Source: Bacteroidota bacterium (GTDB lineage: Bacteria; Bacteroidota; Ignavibacteria; UBA10030; UBA8401). Taken from it: 64,000 nucleotides of DNA. The position numbers were made by a program, and so were the translations under genes. The stretch covers positions 548 through 64,547 of the forward strand of contig JBFMFY010000013.1 of NCBI GenBank assembly GCA_040751955.1, written 5' to 3'. The notes below the pieces were generated by a model. That model was given only the letters and a program-made list of their open reading frames with translations, did no database searches and had not been told where the DNA came from. Shown here piece by piece: positions 20,394-30,424 of the stretch; within the stretch, counting starts at the first letter, position 1, and the number at the start of each line of letters is the position of its first letter.

Positions 20394-21143
20394 ATGAGCA
20401 CACTAACAGCAACGTTCAACAAATTCCTTCCCACCATTACAAACACACGTACGATCTTTGCAAAAGAATTGAAATCATTCTTCAATTCGGCGGTCGCGTA
20501 CGTGGTGATCGTGGTGTTCCTCAGCATTATCGGCTGGTTTTTTACTAACAATCTGTTTTTAATGAACACGGCTTCCCTGCGGCTCTTTTTTGAACTGACG
20601 CCGCTGATCTTCCTCTTCGTTATTCCTGCTATAACAATGCGTTTGCTGGCTGAGGAAAAGAAATCGGGAACCATAGAACTGCTGACGACAAAACCGTTGA
20701 ACGACGCGGAAATTGTTCTTGGAAAATTTTTTGCCGCATGGGCGCTCATTGCACTGGCTCTTCTCCCGTCGGTTCTTTACTACATAACGATTGCATCGCT
20801 CGGATCAATCGATAACGGACCGGTCGTTGGCGGGTACATCGGCTTACTGTTGATGGCAGGAGTGTACGTGTCGGTCGGAATTTTTGCGTCGAGCGTCACC
20901 GACAACCAGATTATCGCCTTCATTCTCGGATTCCTGTTCGTCTTTTTCTTTTTTATTCTCGACAAAGTATTGTTCTATGTCCCCGAATTTCTCACGGGCA
21001 TTCTGGAATTTCTCGGCGTAGATTATCACTTTGCAAATATCGCGCGCGGCGTCATCGATTCGCGCGACATCATTTATTTCCTGACGCTTATGGGATTCAT
21101 GCTCTACCTCTCTGTCGTATCGCTGGAACGGAGAAAGTGGTAA
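20394..21143 (+). CDS. gldF: ABC-2 type permease, GldF-like.
   Basis: 249 aa with six predicted TM segments, immediately downstream of the ATPase. Confidence 0.65.
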   Translation: MSTLTATFNKFLPTITNTRTIFAKELKSFFNSAVAYVVIVVFLSIIGWFFTNNLFLMNTASLRLFFELTPLIFLFVIPAITMRLLAEEKKSGTIELLTTKPLNDAEIVLGKFFAAWALIALALLPSVLYYITIASLGSIDNGPVVGGYIGLLLMAGVYVSVGIFASSVTDNQIIAFILGFLFVFFFFILDKVLFYVPEFLTGILEFLGVDYHFANIARGVIDSRDIIYFLTLMGFMLYLSVVSLERRKW

Positions 21144-21243
21144 ACTGAATATTGGATAGAGGATGCTGTTGGCAGTTGTGCAGAGTTATGAAATTCGACC
21201 ATCAATTACCGATAACCGATTACTGATTATTGTTTACTGAATT

Positions 21244-22797
21244 ATGAAAACAACGAAATACCAATCGCTCGGACGCCTTGCAATTGTTCTTGCAATACTT
21301 ATCGTCGTCAATTTTATTTCCATTCGTCTCTTCTTCCGGCTCGATTTGACAAAGAACGGGGTCTATACGCTTTCCGACGCGAGCAAATCGCTCGTGCAGT
21401 CGCTCGATGACCGGCTTACTGTGAAAGCATACTTCACGGAAGATCTGCCGGCGCCGTACAATAACAACCGCCGCACCGTGCTCGATCTGTTGAACGAATA
21501 CCGAGCATATGCGGGGGGAAATCTCCATTTTGAATTCATCAATCCTGAAGGAGAAAAAGGGGAGAAAGATGCACAGGAAGAAGGAATTCCCCCCGTGCAA
21601 GTGCAGGTGGTAAAGGATGATAAACTGGAAGTGAAGCGCGCATACCTTGGATTGGTGATGATGTTTGAAGACAAAAAAGAAGTTCTGCCGGTCATTCAAA
21701 ATTTAAGTTCACTGGAATACGATTTCAGCAGCGCGGTGAAGCGGCTGACGACAAAACAGAAACCAAAAGTCGGGTATTCAACCGGACATCAGGAACCTGA
21801 ACTTTCTTCGTTCAGAAGAGCATATCAATCATTGGCGCAGCAGTACGAACTTGTACCTGTAGATTTGACAAAACACGAACCGGTTGCCCCGGACATTACT
21901 TCACTGCTTGTTATCGCACCGCAAACGCAGTTCAATGATTCGGCAAAATATCTCATCGATCAGTTTATCATGCGCGGCGGCAAAGCAGCTTTTTTGCTGA
22001 ACACGATGAATGTGAATCTTAATTCGCAGTACCGTTTTGCACAGCCTCAGCAAACCGGGTTGGAAGACTTACTTGCTCAGTATGGCATACGTCTGAACAG
22101 CGATATGGTGCGCGACGCACAGTGTGCCAACATTTCCATTGTGCAGCAGCAAGGTCCTTTCCAATTCCAAAGTCAGGTGCCGTTTCCATACTTGCCGTCT
22201 GTTTCCAATTTCAACAAATCCAACATCGTCGTAAAAGACCTTGAAAACGTTGTTCTCTATTTTGCCGGATCGCTCGACACGGCGACGGCAAAAAACAAAG
22301 GACTCAATGCCGAAGTGCTCATGCGCTCATCGAAACAGAGCGGACGGCAGTCCGGATTTATGATGGTCGATCCGATGCAGCAATACTCGCCGAACGACTT
22401 TTCGGAATCGGGTATTCCTCTGGCGGCAGTGGTTTCCGGTTCATTCTCCAGTTATTTCACAGGAAAGCCGCTGGCACCGGTTCATGCACAAAGTCCCGAA
22501 ACGCGTATTCTCGTTGTCGGCGACGGCGATTTTATGAAAGATGATTTTGCAGGAAACAAGAGCAACATGATCTTCTTCCAAAATATTGTCGATTATCTGT
22601 CTGATGAATCGGGACTGATAACCATCCGTTCAAAAGATGTTACCGAACCGCCGCTGGATCCCGTTTCGGACGGTATGAAGAAATTCCTGAAGTATGGAAA
22701 TCTTGCCGCCCCCCCGCTGCTTGTTATTCTGTACGGATTGCTGCGATGGAGGCGGAGAGTTTCGTTTAAGAAATCAATGGAATCTCAAATTGCATAA
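21244..22797 (+). CDS. gldG: GldG-like ABC auxiliary component.
   Basis: 517 aa with N- and C-terminal TM anchors around a large periplasmic domain. The gene sits in the canonical gldA/F/G gene order. Confidence 0.6.
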   Translation: MKTTKYQSLGRLAIVLAILIVVNFISIRLFFRLDLTKNGVYTLSDASKSLVQSLDDRLTVKAYFTEDLPAPYNNNRRTVLDLLNEYRAYAGGNLHFEFINPEGEKGEKDAQEEGIPPVQVQVVKDDKLEVKRAYLGLVMMFEDKKEVLPVIQNLSSLEYDFSSAVKRLTTKQKPKVGYSTGHQEPELSSFRRAYQSLAQQYELVPVDLTKHEPVAPDITSLLVIAPQTQFNDSAKYLIDQFIMRGGKAAFLLNTMNVNLNSQYRFAQPQQTGLEDLLAQYGIRLNSDMVRDAQCANISIVQQQGPFQFQSQVPFPYLPSVSNFNKSNIVVKDLENVVLYFAGSLDTATAKNKGLNAEVLMRSSKQSGRQSGFMMVDPMQQYSPNDFSESGIPLAAVVSGSFSSYFTGKPLAPVHAQSPETRILVVGDGDFMKDDFAGNKSNMIFFQNIVDYLSDESGLITIRSKDVTEPPLDPVSDGMKKFLKYGNLAAPPLLVILYGLLRWRRRVSFKKSMESQIA

Positions 22798-22862
22798 CAG
22801 TACGCAGGCTTGCACAAGAGCTGCCTGCAACAACACAATCATCAGTACGTATATTCTGAACT

Positions 22863-23753
22863 ATGAAAAAAAATTACATCATCCTTGTCGCTATTCTGGC
22901 ACTCCTGTTACTATCCGCCTATCTTGTCATGCAAAAGCAGGGAGAACAAAGTTCTACGGCAGAACAAACGGCAAAATTTATTTCGGTTGATTCGCTCTCG
23001 ATTGACAAAATCTCAATCCGCACCTCCTCTCAATCCTTGCTTCTGGAAAAACAGGGAAACACGTGGCATCTAAAAGAACCGATCAACGACAAAGCCGATC
23101 AACCAAGCGTTGCAAAGATCATACACATGATGAAAGAACTGGAAATAAAAAATGTCGTCTCGTCCAATCCGGCAAAGCAATCTGTCTTTAATGTCGATAC
23201 TGTAAACGGAACACGTGTAACACTGTTTGAAAATGGAAATGAAACATCGTCATTTATCGTCGGAAAATCGGGACCGAGTTACAACGATACGTACGTTCGA
23301 AAACACGGTTCGAACGATGTTCTGCTGGTGAATGCATCGTTAGGATATGAGTTTACAAAAGGAGTCAAAGAGTGGCGGAATAAGATTCTGGTTTCTGTAC
23401 CGCGGGAAACGATAAAAGAAGTTACATACCAATTCGGTGATACAACTTTTTCGGTGACAAATTCAGGCGGCGCCTGGTTAATTGGAAAAGATACTGCGCA
23501 GAGTGATGTTGTAAACGGTGTGCTTGCAGCATTAACGGATTTGCGCGCCGATGATTTTCTTGATACGGTTCATGCAGCCGCCAAAAAGGTTCAGACACTT
23601 GTTTCGTATGCAAACACTCAGGTGCGGTTTGCATTGGACAAGACAACAAATAAATATTTTGTACAGACCTCCGCTTCTCCTCAATGGTATGTGATGGAAC
23701 AATGGAGGGTGAATCAGGTGCTGAAGCGAAAGAAGGAATTTGTGAAGAAATGA
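22863..23753 (+). CDS. DUF4340-like protein. This family commonly follows gldG-like genes.
   Basis: 296 aa with an N-terminal TM anchor, same operon. Confidence 0.45.
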   Translation: MKKNYIILVAILALLLLSAYLVMQKQGEQSSTAEQTAKFISVDSLSIDKISIRTSSQSLLLEKQGNTWHLKEPINDKADQPSVAKIIHMMKELEIKNVVSSNPAKQSVFNVDTVNGTRVTLFENGNETSSFIVGKSGPSYNDTYVRKHGSNDVLLVNASLGYEFTKGVKEWRNKILVSVPRETIKEVTYQFGDTTFSVTNSGGAWLIGKDTAQSDVVNGVLAALTDLRADDFLDTVHAAAKKVQTLVSYANTQVRFALDKTTNKYFVQTSASPQWYVMEQWRVNQVLKRKKEFVKK

Positions 23754-23755
23754 AA

Positions 23756-23783
23756 AGGGCTGTCAAACGATGACAGCCCTTCT
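23756..23783. terminator. Bidirectional rho-independent terminator between the convergent DUF4340 and pntB genes.
   Basis: AAGGGCTGTCAaacgaTGACAGCCCTT is a perfect 11-bp stem. Confidence 0.65.
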
Positions 23784-23805
23784 ACCGGAACCGTTTGAGT
23801 ACATA

Positions 23806-25188
23806 TTACCCTTTCTTAAACTCCGCTACTAATTCCTGCAGAACATTCTTTGCATCACCAAAGAGCATTTTTGTATTCGGTTCATAGAAGAGTGGATTTT
23901 CGATCCCTGCAAACCCAGTTGCCATCGAACGTTTCATCACTATCACCGTCCTCGCTTTATCCACATTGATGATCGGCATGCCGTAGATGGGGCTTCCCTT
24001 TTGCGTCCGCGCTGCCGGATTGACCACGTCATTTGCACCGATCACGATGCAGACATCGACGGTATCCATGGAAGGATTAATCACGTCCATTTCGAGCAAC
24101 TGGTCGTACGAGACATTTGCTTCTGCCAAAAGGACGTTCATGTGTCCGGGCATTCTGCCGGCAACCGGATGAATTGCAAATTCCACTCTGATTTTTCTCT
24201 TTTCCAATTCATCGCTCAATTCACGCACTGCATATTGTGCCTGTGCCACCGCCATACCGTATCCCGGAACAATGACGACACGTTCAGCCTGTTCGAGTGC
24301 AAATTTTGTGTCCTCAATTGTAAACCGATTAATCGGACGCTCCTCCGCAAGCTTCGACGTATCCACCTGCGGTGCGCCGACAGCGCCGAACAGAACGTTG
24401 GTAAACGAGCGATTCATTGCTTTGCTCATAATGATCGACAGAATGAATCCCGACGAACCATCCAGTGATCCGGCAATAATAAGCATCTTGTTGTCGATCG
24501 CAAATCCGGTCGCCGCAGCAGCAAGTCCGGCGTACGAATTCATCAACGACAACACCACCGGCATATCGGCGCCACCGATGGGAAGGACGACAAAGATTCC
24601 GATAAGGAAACTGAGACCAATCATCGTATAAAAGATTGTCGCATCGTACGGAAAGAAGATCAGATAGACGAACATTCCCAGCGTGACAAAGAAAAGAGCG
24701 ATGTTCACAACATTCTGTCCTTTGTAGGTAATCGGCGCACTTTTAATGATCTCCTGTAACTTGCCGAACGCCATAAGACTGCCGGTCACCGTTAGTGCAC
24801 CGAACAATACTTCAAATCCGAGTGCGGGCATAATGCCGTACGCTTTTTCCGTGTGCACGGCATACTCATTGATGCCGACAAGCACTGCTGCGAGAGCGCC
24901 AAACGAGTGTGAGATCGCCGTTCGTTGCGGCATGGCTGTCATCGGCATCCACACGGACATTGCCGTTCCGATAGCAGAACCGACAACAATACCTGTGATG
25001 ATCCATTCCCACGTGACGATCTCTCCGCTGAGCAGCGTTCCGACAACAGCAAGAAACATCCCTATTTCAGCAAAGTGCATGCCGCGCCGCGCGGATTCCG
25101 GATGGCTTAACCCTTTCAACCCAAGAATAAACAGAACAGAAGCGGCAATGTAGATTAATTCGAGCGGATAATTTATTGCAAATTCCAT
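23806..25188 (-). CDS. pntB: NAD(P) transhydrogenase subunit beta.
   Basis: 460 aa polytopic N-terminus plus C-terminal NADP(H)-binding domain (GYGMAVAQAQ, HPVAGRMPGHMNVLLAEA). Confidence 0.9.
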   Translation of the reverse strand: MEFAINYPLELIYIAASVLFILGLKGLSHPESARRGMHFAEIGMFLAVVGTLLSGEIVTWEWIITGIVVGSAIGTAMSVWMPMTAMPQRTAISHSFGALAAVLVGINEYAVHTEKAYGIMPALGFEVLFGALTVTGSLMAFGKLQEIIKSAPITYKGQNVVNIALFFVTLGMFVYLIFFPYDATIFYTMIGLSFLIGIFVVLPIGGADMPVVLSLMNSYAGLAAAATGFAIDNKMLIIAGSLDGSSGFILSIIMSKAMNRSFTNVLFGAVGAPQVDTSKLAEERPINRFTIEDTKFALEQAERVVIVPGYGMAVAQAQYAVRELSDELEKRKIRVEFAIHPVAGRMPGHMNVLLAEANVSYDQLLEMDVINPSMDTVDVCIVIGANDVVNPAARTQKGSPIYGMPIINVDKARTVIVMKRSMATGFAGIENPLFYEPNTKMLFGDAKNVLQELVAEFKKG

Positions 25189-25189
25189 T

Positions 25190-25474
25190 TTACTTCCGCT
25201 CCTTTCGCTTGAACATCTTCAGCATTCGTTCTGTGATCAGGAATCCGCCGACGACGTTGATCGTAGCGGCTGTGACCGCAACGAATCCGAGCATCTGACT
25301 GATCTCATGAGCGCTTCCGGCTGCAACCAGCGATCCGACAAGTGAAATGCCGGAGATAGCATTGGTCGCGGACATCAGCGGCGTATGCAATGTGGGGGTT
25401 ACACGCCTGATTACTTCAAAACCGACAAAACCGGCAAGGATGAGGATATACAACAGTTCGATCAAATTTGACAT
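25190..25474 (-). CDS. pntA2: NAD(P) transhydrogenase alpha subunit, membrane part 2.
   Basis: 94 aa with 3 TM, lying between pntA1 and pntB. Confidence 0.8.
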   Translation of the reverse strand: MSNLIELLYILILAGFVGFEVIRRVTPTLHTPLMSATNAISGISLVGSLVAAGSAHEISQMLGFVAVTAATINVVGGFLITERMLKMFKRKERK

Positions 25475-25475
25475 G

Positions 25476-26633
25476 CTACGTTCCTTTCTTTCCTTTGGCA
25501 GAAGACCCTTGAGGAATAAAACTCGGATGTACGATGGCTCCTTTGTGTGTGATCAAACAGCTTTTGATGATATCATCTTCAAGGTTCAACTCAAATATTT
25601 TCTTCTCTGTATTCCAGAATTCATCGATGAGATTATATAAATTATTCGAGTACATAAGGCTTGCATTCAACGCAACTTTTGCAGGCATGTTTGCAATGCC
25701 GATAATCTTCACTCCATTCTTCTCTACGGTTTTTCCGTACACAGCACCTTCAACATTGCCGCCGGTTTCGATTGCGAGATCTACAATAACGCTTCCCGGT
25801 TTCATTGCATCGACCATATCTTTCGTTACGATGACCGGCGCTTTACGTCCGAACACTTGCGCTGTCGTGATTACGACATCTGCTTGAGCGCAATATTGCT
25901 TCATGACATCGCGTTGCTTCTGTAACTGTTCTTCCGTAAGTGCTTTCGCATATCCTTGCACTGTTTGCCCCGTTTCACCGAGATCGACTTCAACGAATTT
26001 AGCGCCAAGCGACAATACATCGTTCTTGGCTACAGGGCGTGTGTCAAATGCATCCACTTTTGCGCCGAGCCGCCGTGCAGTCGCAATCGCCTGCAATCCT
26101 GCAACACCTGCGCCGATGATGAATACTTTCGACGGCTGGATGGTGCCGGCGGGGGTCATCATCATCGGAAATATTTTTTGAATATTGTCCGCCGCAACAA
26201 TGACCGCGGCATACCCGGCAAGACTTGCCTGCGAACTGAGTGCATCCAATTTTTGCGCGCGTGTGGAGCGGGGAATCATCTCCATGGAAATTGCGGAAAC
26301 ATTCTGTTTCGCCATTGCGCCAAGCAATTTGGGTTCATTAAATGGATTCAGGTAACTGACATGGATACTCCCTTTCTTCAAAGAAGTAATTTCCTTCAGT
26401 TCCGGTTTGCGAAGGCGCAGAACAATATCACCGGTGGATATGACTTTCTTCCGGTTTTTCTCGACTGTGGCTCCTGCTTTTTTGTATTCGTTGTCGGAAA
26501 TTCCGACCGTTGCACCAAGTCCCGCTTCGATTGTAACCTTTGCCCCCTTCTTCACAAGTTTTTCCACATTCACGGGAAGCATCGGCACACGAAGCTCGAT
26601 CTTGGAATTTTCTTTGGGAATTGAAATGTGCAT
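25476..26633 (-). CDS. pntA1: NAD(P) transhydrogenase alpha subunit part 1, alanine dehydrogenase-like NAD(H)-binding.
   Basis: MHISIPKENSKIELRVPMLP N-terminus. Rossmann motif IIGAGVAGLQA. Confidence 0.9.
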   Translation of the reverse strand: MHISIPKENSKIELRVPMLPVNVEKLVKKGAKVTIEAGLGATVGISDNEYKKAGATVEKNRKKVISTGDIVLRLRKPELKEITSLKKGSIHVSYLNPFNEPKLLGAMAKQNVSAISMEMIPRSTRAQKLDALSSQASLAGYAAVIVAADNIQKIFPMMMTPAGTIQPSKVFIIGAGVAGLQAIATARRLGAKVDAFDTRPVAKNDVLSLGAKFVEVDLGETGQTVQGYAKALTEEQLQKQRDVMKQYCAQADVVITTAQVFGRKAPVIVTKDMVDAMKPGSVIVDLAIETGGNVEGAVYGKTVEKNGVKIIGIANMPAKVALNASLMYSNNLYNLIDEFWNTEKKIFELNLEDDIIKSCLITHKGAIVHPSFIPQGSSAKGKKGT

Positions 26634-26836
26634 GGAGTATCTCTCAATGGTTCGATAAATTGTGTGGCAATATACTTATCCTTTGCTCGGTGAGCAAGAC
26701 AGATTTCTTGTAACTGAATCTACTTTTTGGTAAGTTTAATCAGACAAAATAGACATGATTCGCTGGAACTTGCTTCCGATTCACTCTGTTCTTTCAGGTG
26801 TATTGACGGAACACGGAAGCACATCACATTATTTGA

Positions 26837-27433
26837 ATGCTTCCTTTCTTTTTAACCGTCTCCGTACCCGATCCTCGGCATAAGGAATTCGAACAGCAAG
26901 CTCTTCCTCATATGGACGTGCTCTATAACTACGCTTTACGGCTCACTGCAAATGCAGACGATGCGAATGACCTTCTGCAGGAAACCTTCCTCAAGGCATA
27001 CCGGTTCTGGGACAAGTTTGAACAAGGAACGAACCTGCGCGCTTGGCTGTTTAGAATCATGAAAAATACATACATCAACTTGTACCGCAAAGAAGTGAAG
27101 GAACCGGACAAAGTTGATTATGCGGAGATCGAAAGTTACTACAATAACATCCGGGATGAATCGACCGACGACACCGATCTCCAGCAAAAGATCTTCGGTC
27201 AGCTGCTCGACGACGATATCTCGAAAGCGCTCGAATCGCTGCCGGAAGAATTCAGAACCGTAGTAATCCTATGCGATATCGAAGGCTTGGCGTACGAAGA
27301 GATAGCGGAATTTCTTCAAATACCTGTGGGGACTGTACGCTCCCGATTGCACCGCGGAAGAAAACTGCTCTACACACGCCTGTATGATTATGCCAAAGAA
27401 CGCGGCTTTATTCGAAAGGATGCCGAACTATAA
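26837..27433 (+). CDS. ECF-subfamily RNA polymerase sigma-70 factor.
   Basis: Region 2 LLQETFLKAYRFWDKFEQGTNLRAWLFRIMKNTYINLYRK. Region 4 HTH AYEEIAEFLQIPVGTVRSRLHRGRKLL. Confidence 0.85.
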   Translation: MLPFFLTVSVPDPRHKEFEQQALPHMDVLYNYALRLTANADDANDLLQETFLKAYRFWDKFEQGTNLRAWLFRIMKNTYINLYRKEVKEPDKVDYAEIESYYNNIRDESTDDTDLQQKIFGQLLDDDISKALESLPEEFRTVVILCDIEGLAYEEIAEFLQIPVGTVRSRLHRGRKLLYTRLYDYAKERGFIRKDAEL

Positions 27434-27455
27434 CAATTGATACTAAAGGTGTATT

Positions 27456-28244
27456 GTGAATTGCAAAGAATTTCAAGAGTGTGCGTGCGAGATCGTTGAT
27501 AAACGATTGAGCAAAGAACGCACGGAAGAATTGCTGCAGCATGCAAGTATCTGTCCGCACTGCCAATATGAACTCCGGGCATTGCAAAGTGTAAAAACGG
27601 TCCTGCATGAAAAGGTTCAGCGCAAAAGCGTTCCCGCCGATCTCTACTATGCAATACTGAATCGCACAATGAATGAATCAGGCACATCGTGGTTCCAAAA
27701 ATTATTCGGATTTAAACTCAATCCTGCCATTGCCGTTGTTGCAATGGCTGTTGTGCTTGTTGGTGCATATTCTCTCTTCTTTCCCGTCGCTTCCATCGCC
27801 GATGAATCGAATATCATCAACCAGTCGTTGGATAATTACCAGGCGGTGATCGGCGGTACGATCAAACCACAACTGGTAAGCAATCATGATGAAGTGCGTT
27901 CGTTCCTTCAAAAAGAGGTGAACTTCTCCGTGAATGTTCCCAAGATGAAGAACTGCAAGTCGTGCGCCGGCGTTCTGTCCATCTTCAAAGGAGTAAAACT
28001 GGCTCACGTTGTCTATGAAATGGAAGGAAACATCATCTACATCTATCAGGCGAATCTTGACGATGTGATGAAGGGAGACAAGATCGGTCTGCCGGAGAAT
28101 GTGAAAGCAGAATTGGAAAAGAACAAATGGTACATCGAAGAAACAAACAATAAAACAGTGGTGCTGTGGCAGTACAAAAATACAATCTGCGCAGCAGTCA
28201 GCAAATTAAAGAAAGATCATCTGATCGCATTGTTAACGGAATAA
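27456..28244 (+). CDS. Putative anti-sigma factor with an N-terminal zf-HC2 motif and one TM.
   Basis: LQHASICPHCQ is an HxxxCxxC zinc motif. TM helix AIAVVAMAVVLVGAYSLFF. Immediately downstream of the ECF sigma gene. Confidence 0.6.
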   Translation: MNCKEFQECACEIVDKRLSKERTEELLQHASICPHCQYELRALQSVKTVLHEKVQRKSVPADLYYAILNRTMNESGTSWFQKLFGFKLNPAIAVVAMAVVLVGAYSLFFPVASIADESNIINQSLDNYQAVIGGTIKPQLVSNHDEVRSFLQKEVNFSVNVPKMKNCKSCAGVLSIFKGVKLAHVVYEMEGNIIYIYQANLDDVMKGDKIGLPENVKAELEKNKWYIEETNNKTVVLWQYKNTICAAVSKLKKDHLIALLTE

Positions 28245-28259
28245 GGAATTTGCACAACT

Positions 28260-28832
28260 ATGAAACAATTCGCAGCACTTCTCTTCACCCTCACGCTCTT
28301 TGGATGTTCCCCGCAGGACAATAAACAAAATGGATCACCACAACAACAAACTTCGACAACCGGCGCAGCCTATAAAGAGAATGTCTCAGTGGTTCAATCA
28401 GTTGAGACGGTAGAAGGAATGGCTCCGAACTTTCTCTTTTATGACGAAACGGGAAAACAAGTTTCATTCGCCGAGGTCGCGAAAGGGAAACCTGTCCTCA
28501 TCAACTTCTGGGCGACCTGGTGCGGACCGTGCATTAAAGAGATGCCCGACCTCGTCCTGCTCAGCGAAGAGTACAAGGCAAAAGGAGGATTGGTGATCGG
28601 TGTTTCTGTCGATAAGGATTCGGATGTGCTGACGCTCGTATCGGATTTTACCAAAGAGAAAAATGTAAAATATCCGATCGTGATAGATAACGGCGATCTG
28701 GAGAATGCATTTGGCGGATTACGCGGCATACCGACAACATTCTATATTGATAAAAATGGAAAGATCGCAAAGAAGTTGGTCGGACTGCAATCGAAAGAAA
28801 AGTTCGCGTCGGAGTTTGACGCGTTACTGTAA
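28260..28832 (+). CDS. TlpA/ResA-family thiol-disulfide oxidoreductase lipoprotein.
   Basis: Lipobox LFGCS. Thioredoxin active site WATWCGPC. Confidence 0.8.
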   Translation: MKQFAALLFTLTLFGCSPQDNKQNGSPQQQTSTTGAAYKENVSVVQSVETVEGMAPNFLFYDETGKQVSFAEVAKGKPVLINFWATWCGPCIKEMPDLVLLSEEYKAKGGLVIGVSVDKDSDVLTLVSDFTKEKNVKYPIVIDNGDLENAFGGLRGIPTTFYIDKNGKIAKKLVGLQSKEKFASEFDALL

Positions 28833-28851
28833 TTTTCCTTAAAGTGCCGCT

Positions 28852-28890
28852 TACTTTCAAGGTGAGCGGCACTTTTTTCATTTTAAATCC
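28852..28890. terminator. Bidirectional terminator between the convergent tlpA-like and phosphoesterase genes.
   Basis: AGTGCCGCTtactttcaaggtgAGCGGCACT followed by TTTTTT. Confidence 0.6.
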
Positions 28891-29584
28891 CTACCAATAA
28901 CCTGTCACCCAATTTTTTCGGCAGCCCGGCGGCGAGTATCTTTTCGCGTGCGGTTTTCACATCATACTCGAGCCGCACATACTCAATTGACCACGCATCG
29001 GTATCAACCAGCATAAAACACGCACGCCAGTTCCCGTCCCTCGGCTGCCCAACGCTCCCAGCATTCACGATGAATTTTTTATCACGAACAATGTGTGTGC
29101 TCACCATATCCTCGCAAAAAACTACGGGACGGTGCGTATGCCCGACAACGCATAACGGAACGGAGAATGCCTTGTAACTGAAGAGCGTATCTTCAGGATA
29201 GATAAGATAGCGGAACTCCTGCGGCTCATCGGGCGAACTGTGGACGAACATGATCCCGTGTTCTACCAGCGACAACGGAAGAGACTTCAGATACTGGATG
29301 CTTTCATGCGTCAGCACCGACCGCGTCCAGGCAATTCCGCTTCGCGCCGCATCACTGAAGTCATCGATGTCAATCTCTTTGATCGCAGCCTTGTCGTGGT
29401 TCCCCGCCACACAAGGAATATTCCTTTCCCACAGCAAGTGAATGCACTCGTTCGGATTTGCACCGTAACCCACCACATCGCCAAGACAATAGACTTGCCG
29501 GATCTTCAATCTTTCGATCTCGTTCAGCACGACTGTCAGCGCTTCGAGATTGGAATGAATATCGGAGATAATTGCTATGGTCAT
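28883..29584 (-). CDS. Calcineurin-like metallophosphoesterase (YfcE/MPP superfamily).
   Basis: MTIAIISDIHSNLEAL...VYCLGDVVGYG...GNHD motifs. Confidence 0.8.
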   Translation of the reverse strand: MTIAIISDIHSNLEALTVVLNEIERLKIRQVYCLGDVVGYGANPNECIHLLWERNIPCVAGNHDKAAIKEIDIDDFSDAARSGIAWTRSVLTHESIQYLKSLPLSLVEHGIMFVHSSPDEPQEFRYLIYPEDTLFSYKAFSVPLCVVGHTHRPVVFCEDMVSTHIVRDKKFIVNAGSVGQPRDGNWRACFMLVDTDAWSIEYVRLEYDVKTAREKILAAGLPKKLGDRLLVGI

Positions 29585-29696
29585 GATGTACTCTGAAGTA
29601 AATGTAACGATTTTTCCTTCATCCCTCTATCAATAATTTTCGGTTGAGCAAATTTTTTTGTAGTTTGATGCGGGAAATCACTACGGCTGTTGCCGT

Positions 29697-29798
29697 GTCA
29701 TTCCGAGTCCGGTTGTATCGGACGAGGAATCTGAGTTCAACACCAGAAACAAAACTGGATTCTTCGCTCGTTCCTGTGGGATTTCGCTCAGAATGACA
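29697..29798. repeat. Intergenic element of about 100 bp, flanked by an 11-bp inverted repeat and carrying an internal hairpin.
   Basis: GTCATTCCGAG ... CTCAGAATGAC, 10 of 11 complementary. Internal stem ATTCCGAGTCCGgttgtatCGGACGAGGAAT. Confidence 0.35.
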
Positions 29799-29836
29799 AT
29801 ACAGAAGCATTTTACTTTTACTCTCTAACGATAAAC

Positions 29837-30367
29837 ATGAAAAAGACACTCCTGAGCAGACTCAAAAAAATAAAAATCCTCATCAGCGATGTGGACGGCG
29901 TTCTCACGGATGGCGGCGCATACTACTCCGACGAAGGAATCGAATTGAAGAAATTTTCAATCCGCGACGGCATGGGGATCGTGCTGCTGCAGAAAGCGGG
30001 ATACAAAGTCGCCATCGTCACCACGGAAAAAACGAAGATCGTCGAACGCCGCGCAGAGCGGATCAAAGTGACCGATCTCTACCAAGGTGTCGTGAACAAA
30101 GTAGAAGCGATCGAGGATCTGTTGAAAAAATATTCGCTCGCATGGGATGAAGCGGCATTCATCGGCGACGATATTAATGACGTGCCGGTGCTGAAACGTG
30201 TCGGATTCGCCGCCTGCCCTGCCGATGCGACATTGTTGAATAAAAAAACCGCACACTATGTAACAAAAGCAAAAGGGGGACACGGGTGCGTGCGGGAAGT
30301 ATGCGATCTGCTCCTTTCGCTTGAATGGCACGGATCGTCCATTACGGAATTATGGTTGAAAAAATAA
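29837..30367 (+). CDS. kdsC: HAD-IIIA phosphatase, KdsC-like (3-deoxy-manno-octulosonate-8-phosphate phosphatase family).
   Basis: IKILISDVDGVLTDG ... FIGDDINDVPVL HAD motifs with YrbI/KdsC-like spacing. Confidence 0.75.
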   Translation: MKKTLLSRLKKIKILISDVDGVLTDGGAYYSDEGIELKKFSIRDGMGIVLLQKAGYKVAIVTTEKTKIVERRAERIKVTDLYQGVVNKVEAIEDLLKKYSLAWDEAAFIGDDINDVPVLKRVGFAACPADATLLNKKTAHYVTKAKGGHGCVREVCDLLLSLEWHGSSITELWLKK

Positions 30368-30424
30368 AATTGCAAGATTTTCAAGAACGCATTATACACA
30401 ATCTTGAAATGTTGAAATCTTGAA

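Noticed and set aside
19340-22797. Calling the ABC operon definite gliding-motility genes
   Set aside because: Domain order and sizes fit gldA/F/G, but the same architecture exists in non-gliding bacteria. The gene symbols are given with reduced confidence only.
25956-26624. 222-aa plus-strand ORF opposite pntA1
   Set aside because: It is antisense to a conserved transhydrogenase gene. Its composition is arginine- and cysteine-rich and implausible.
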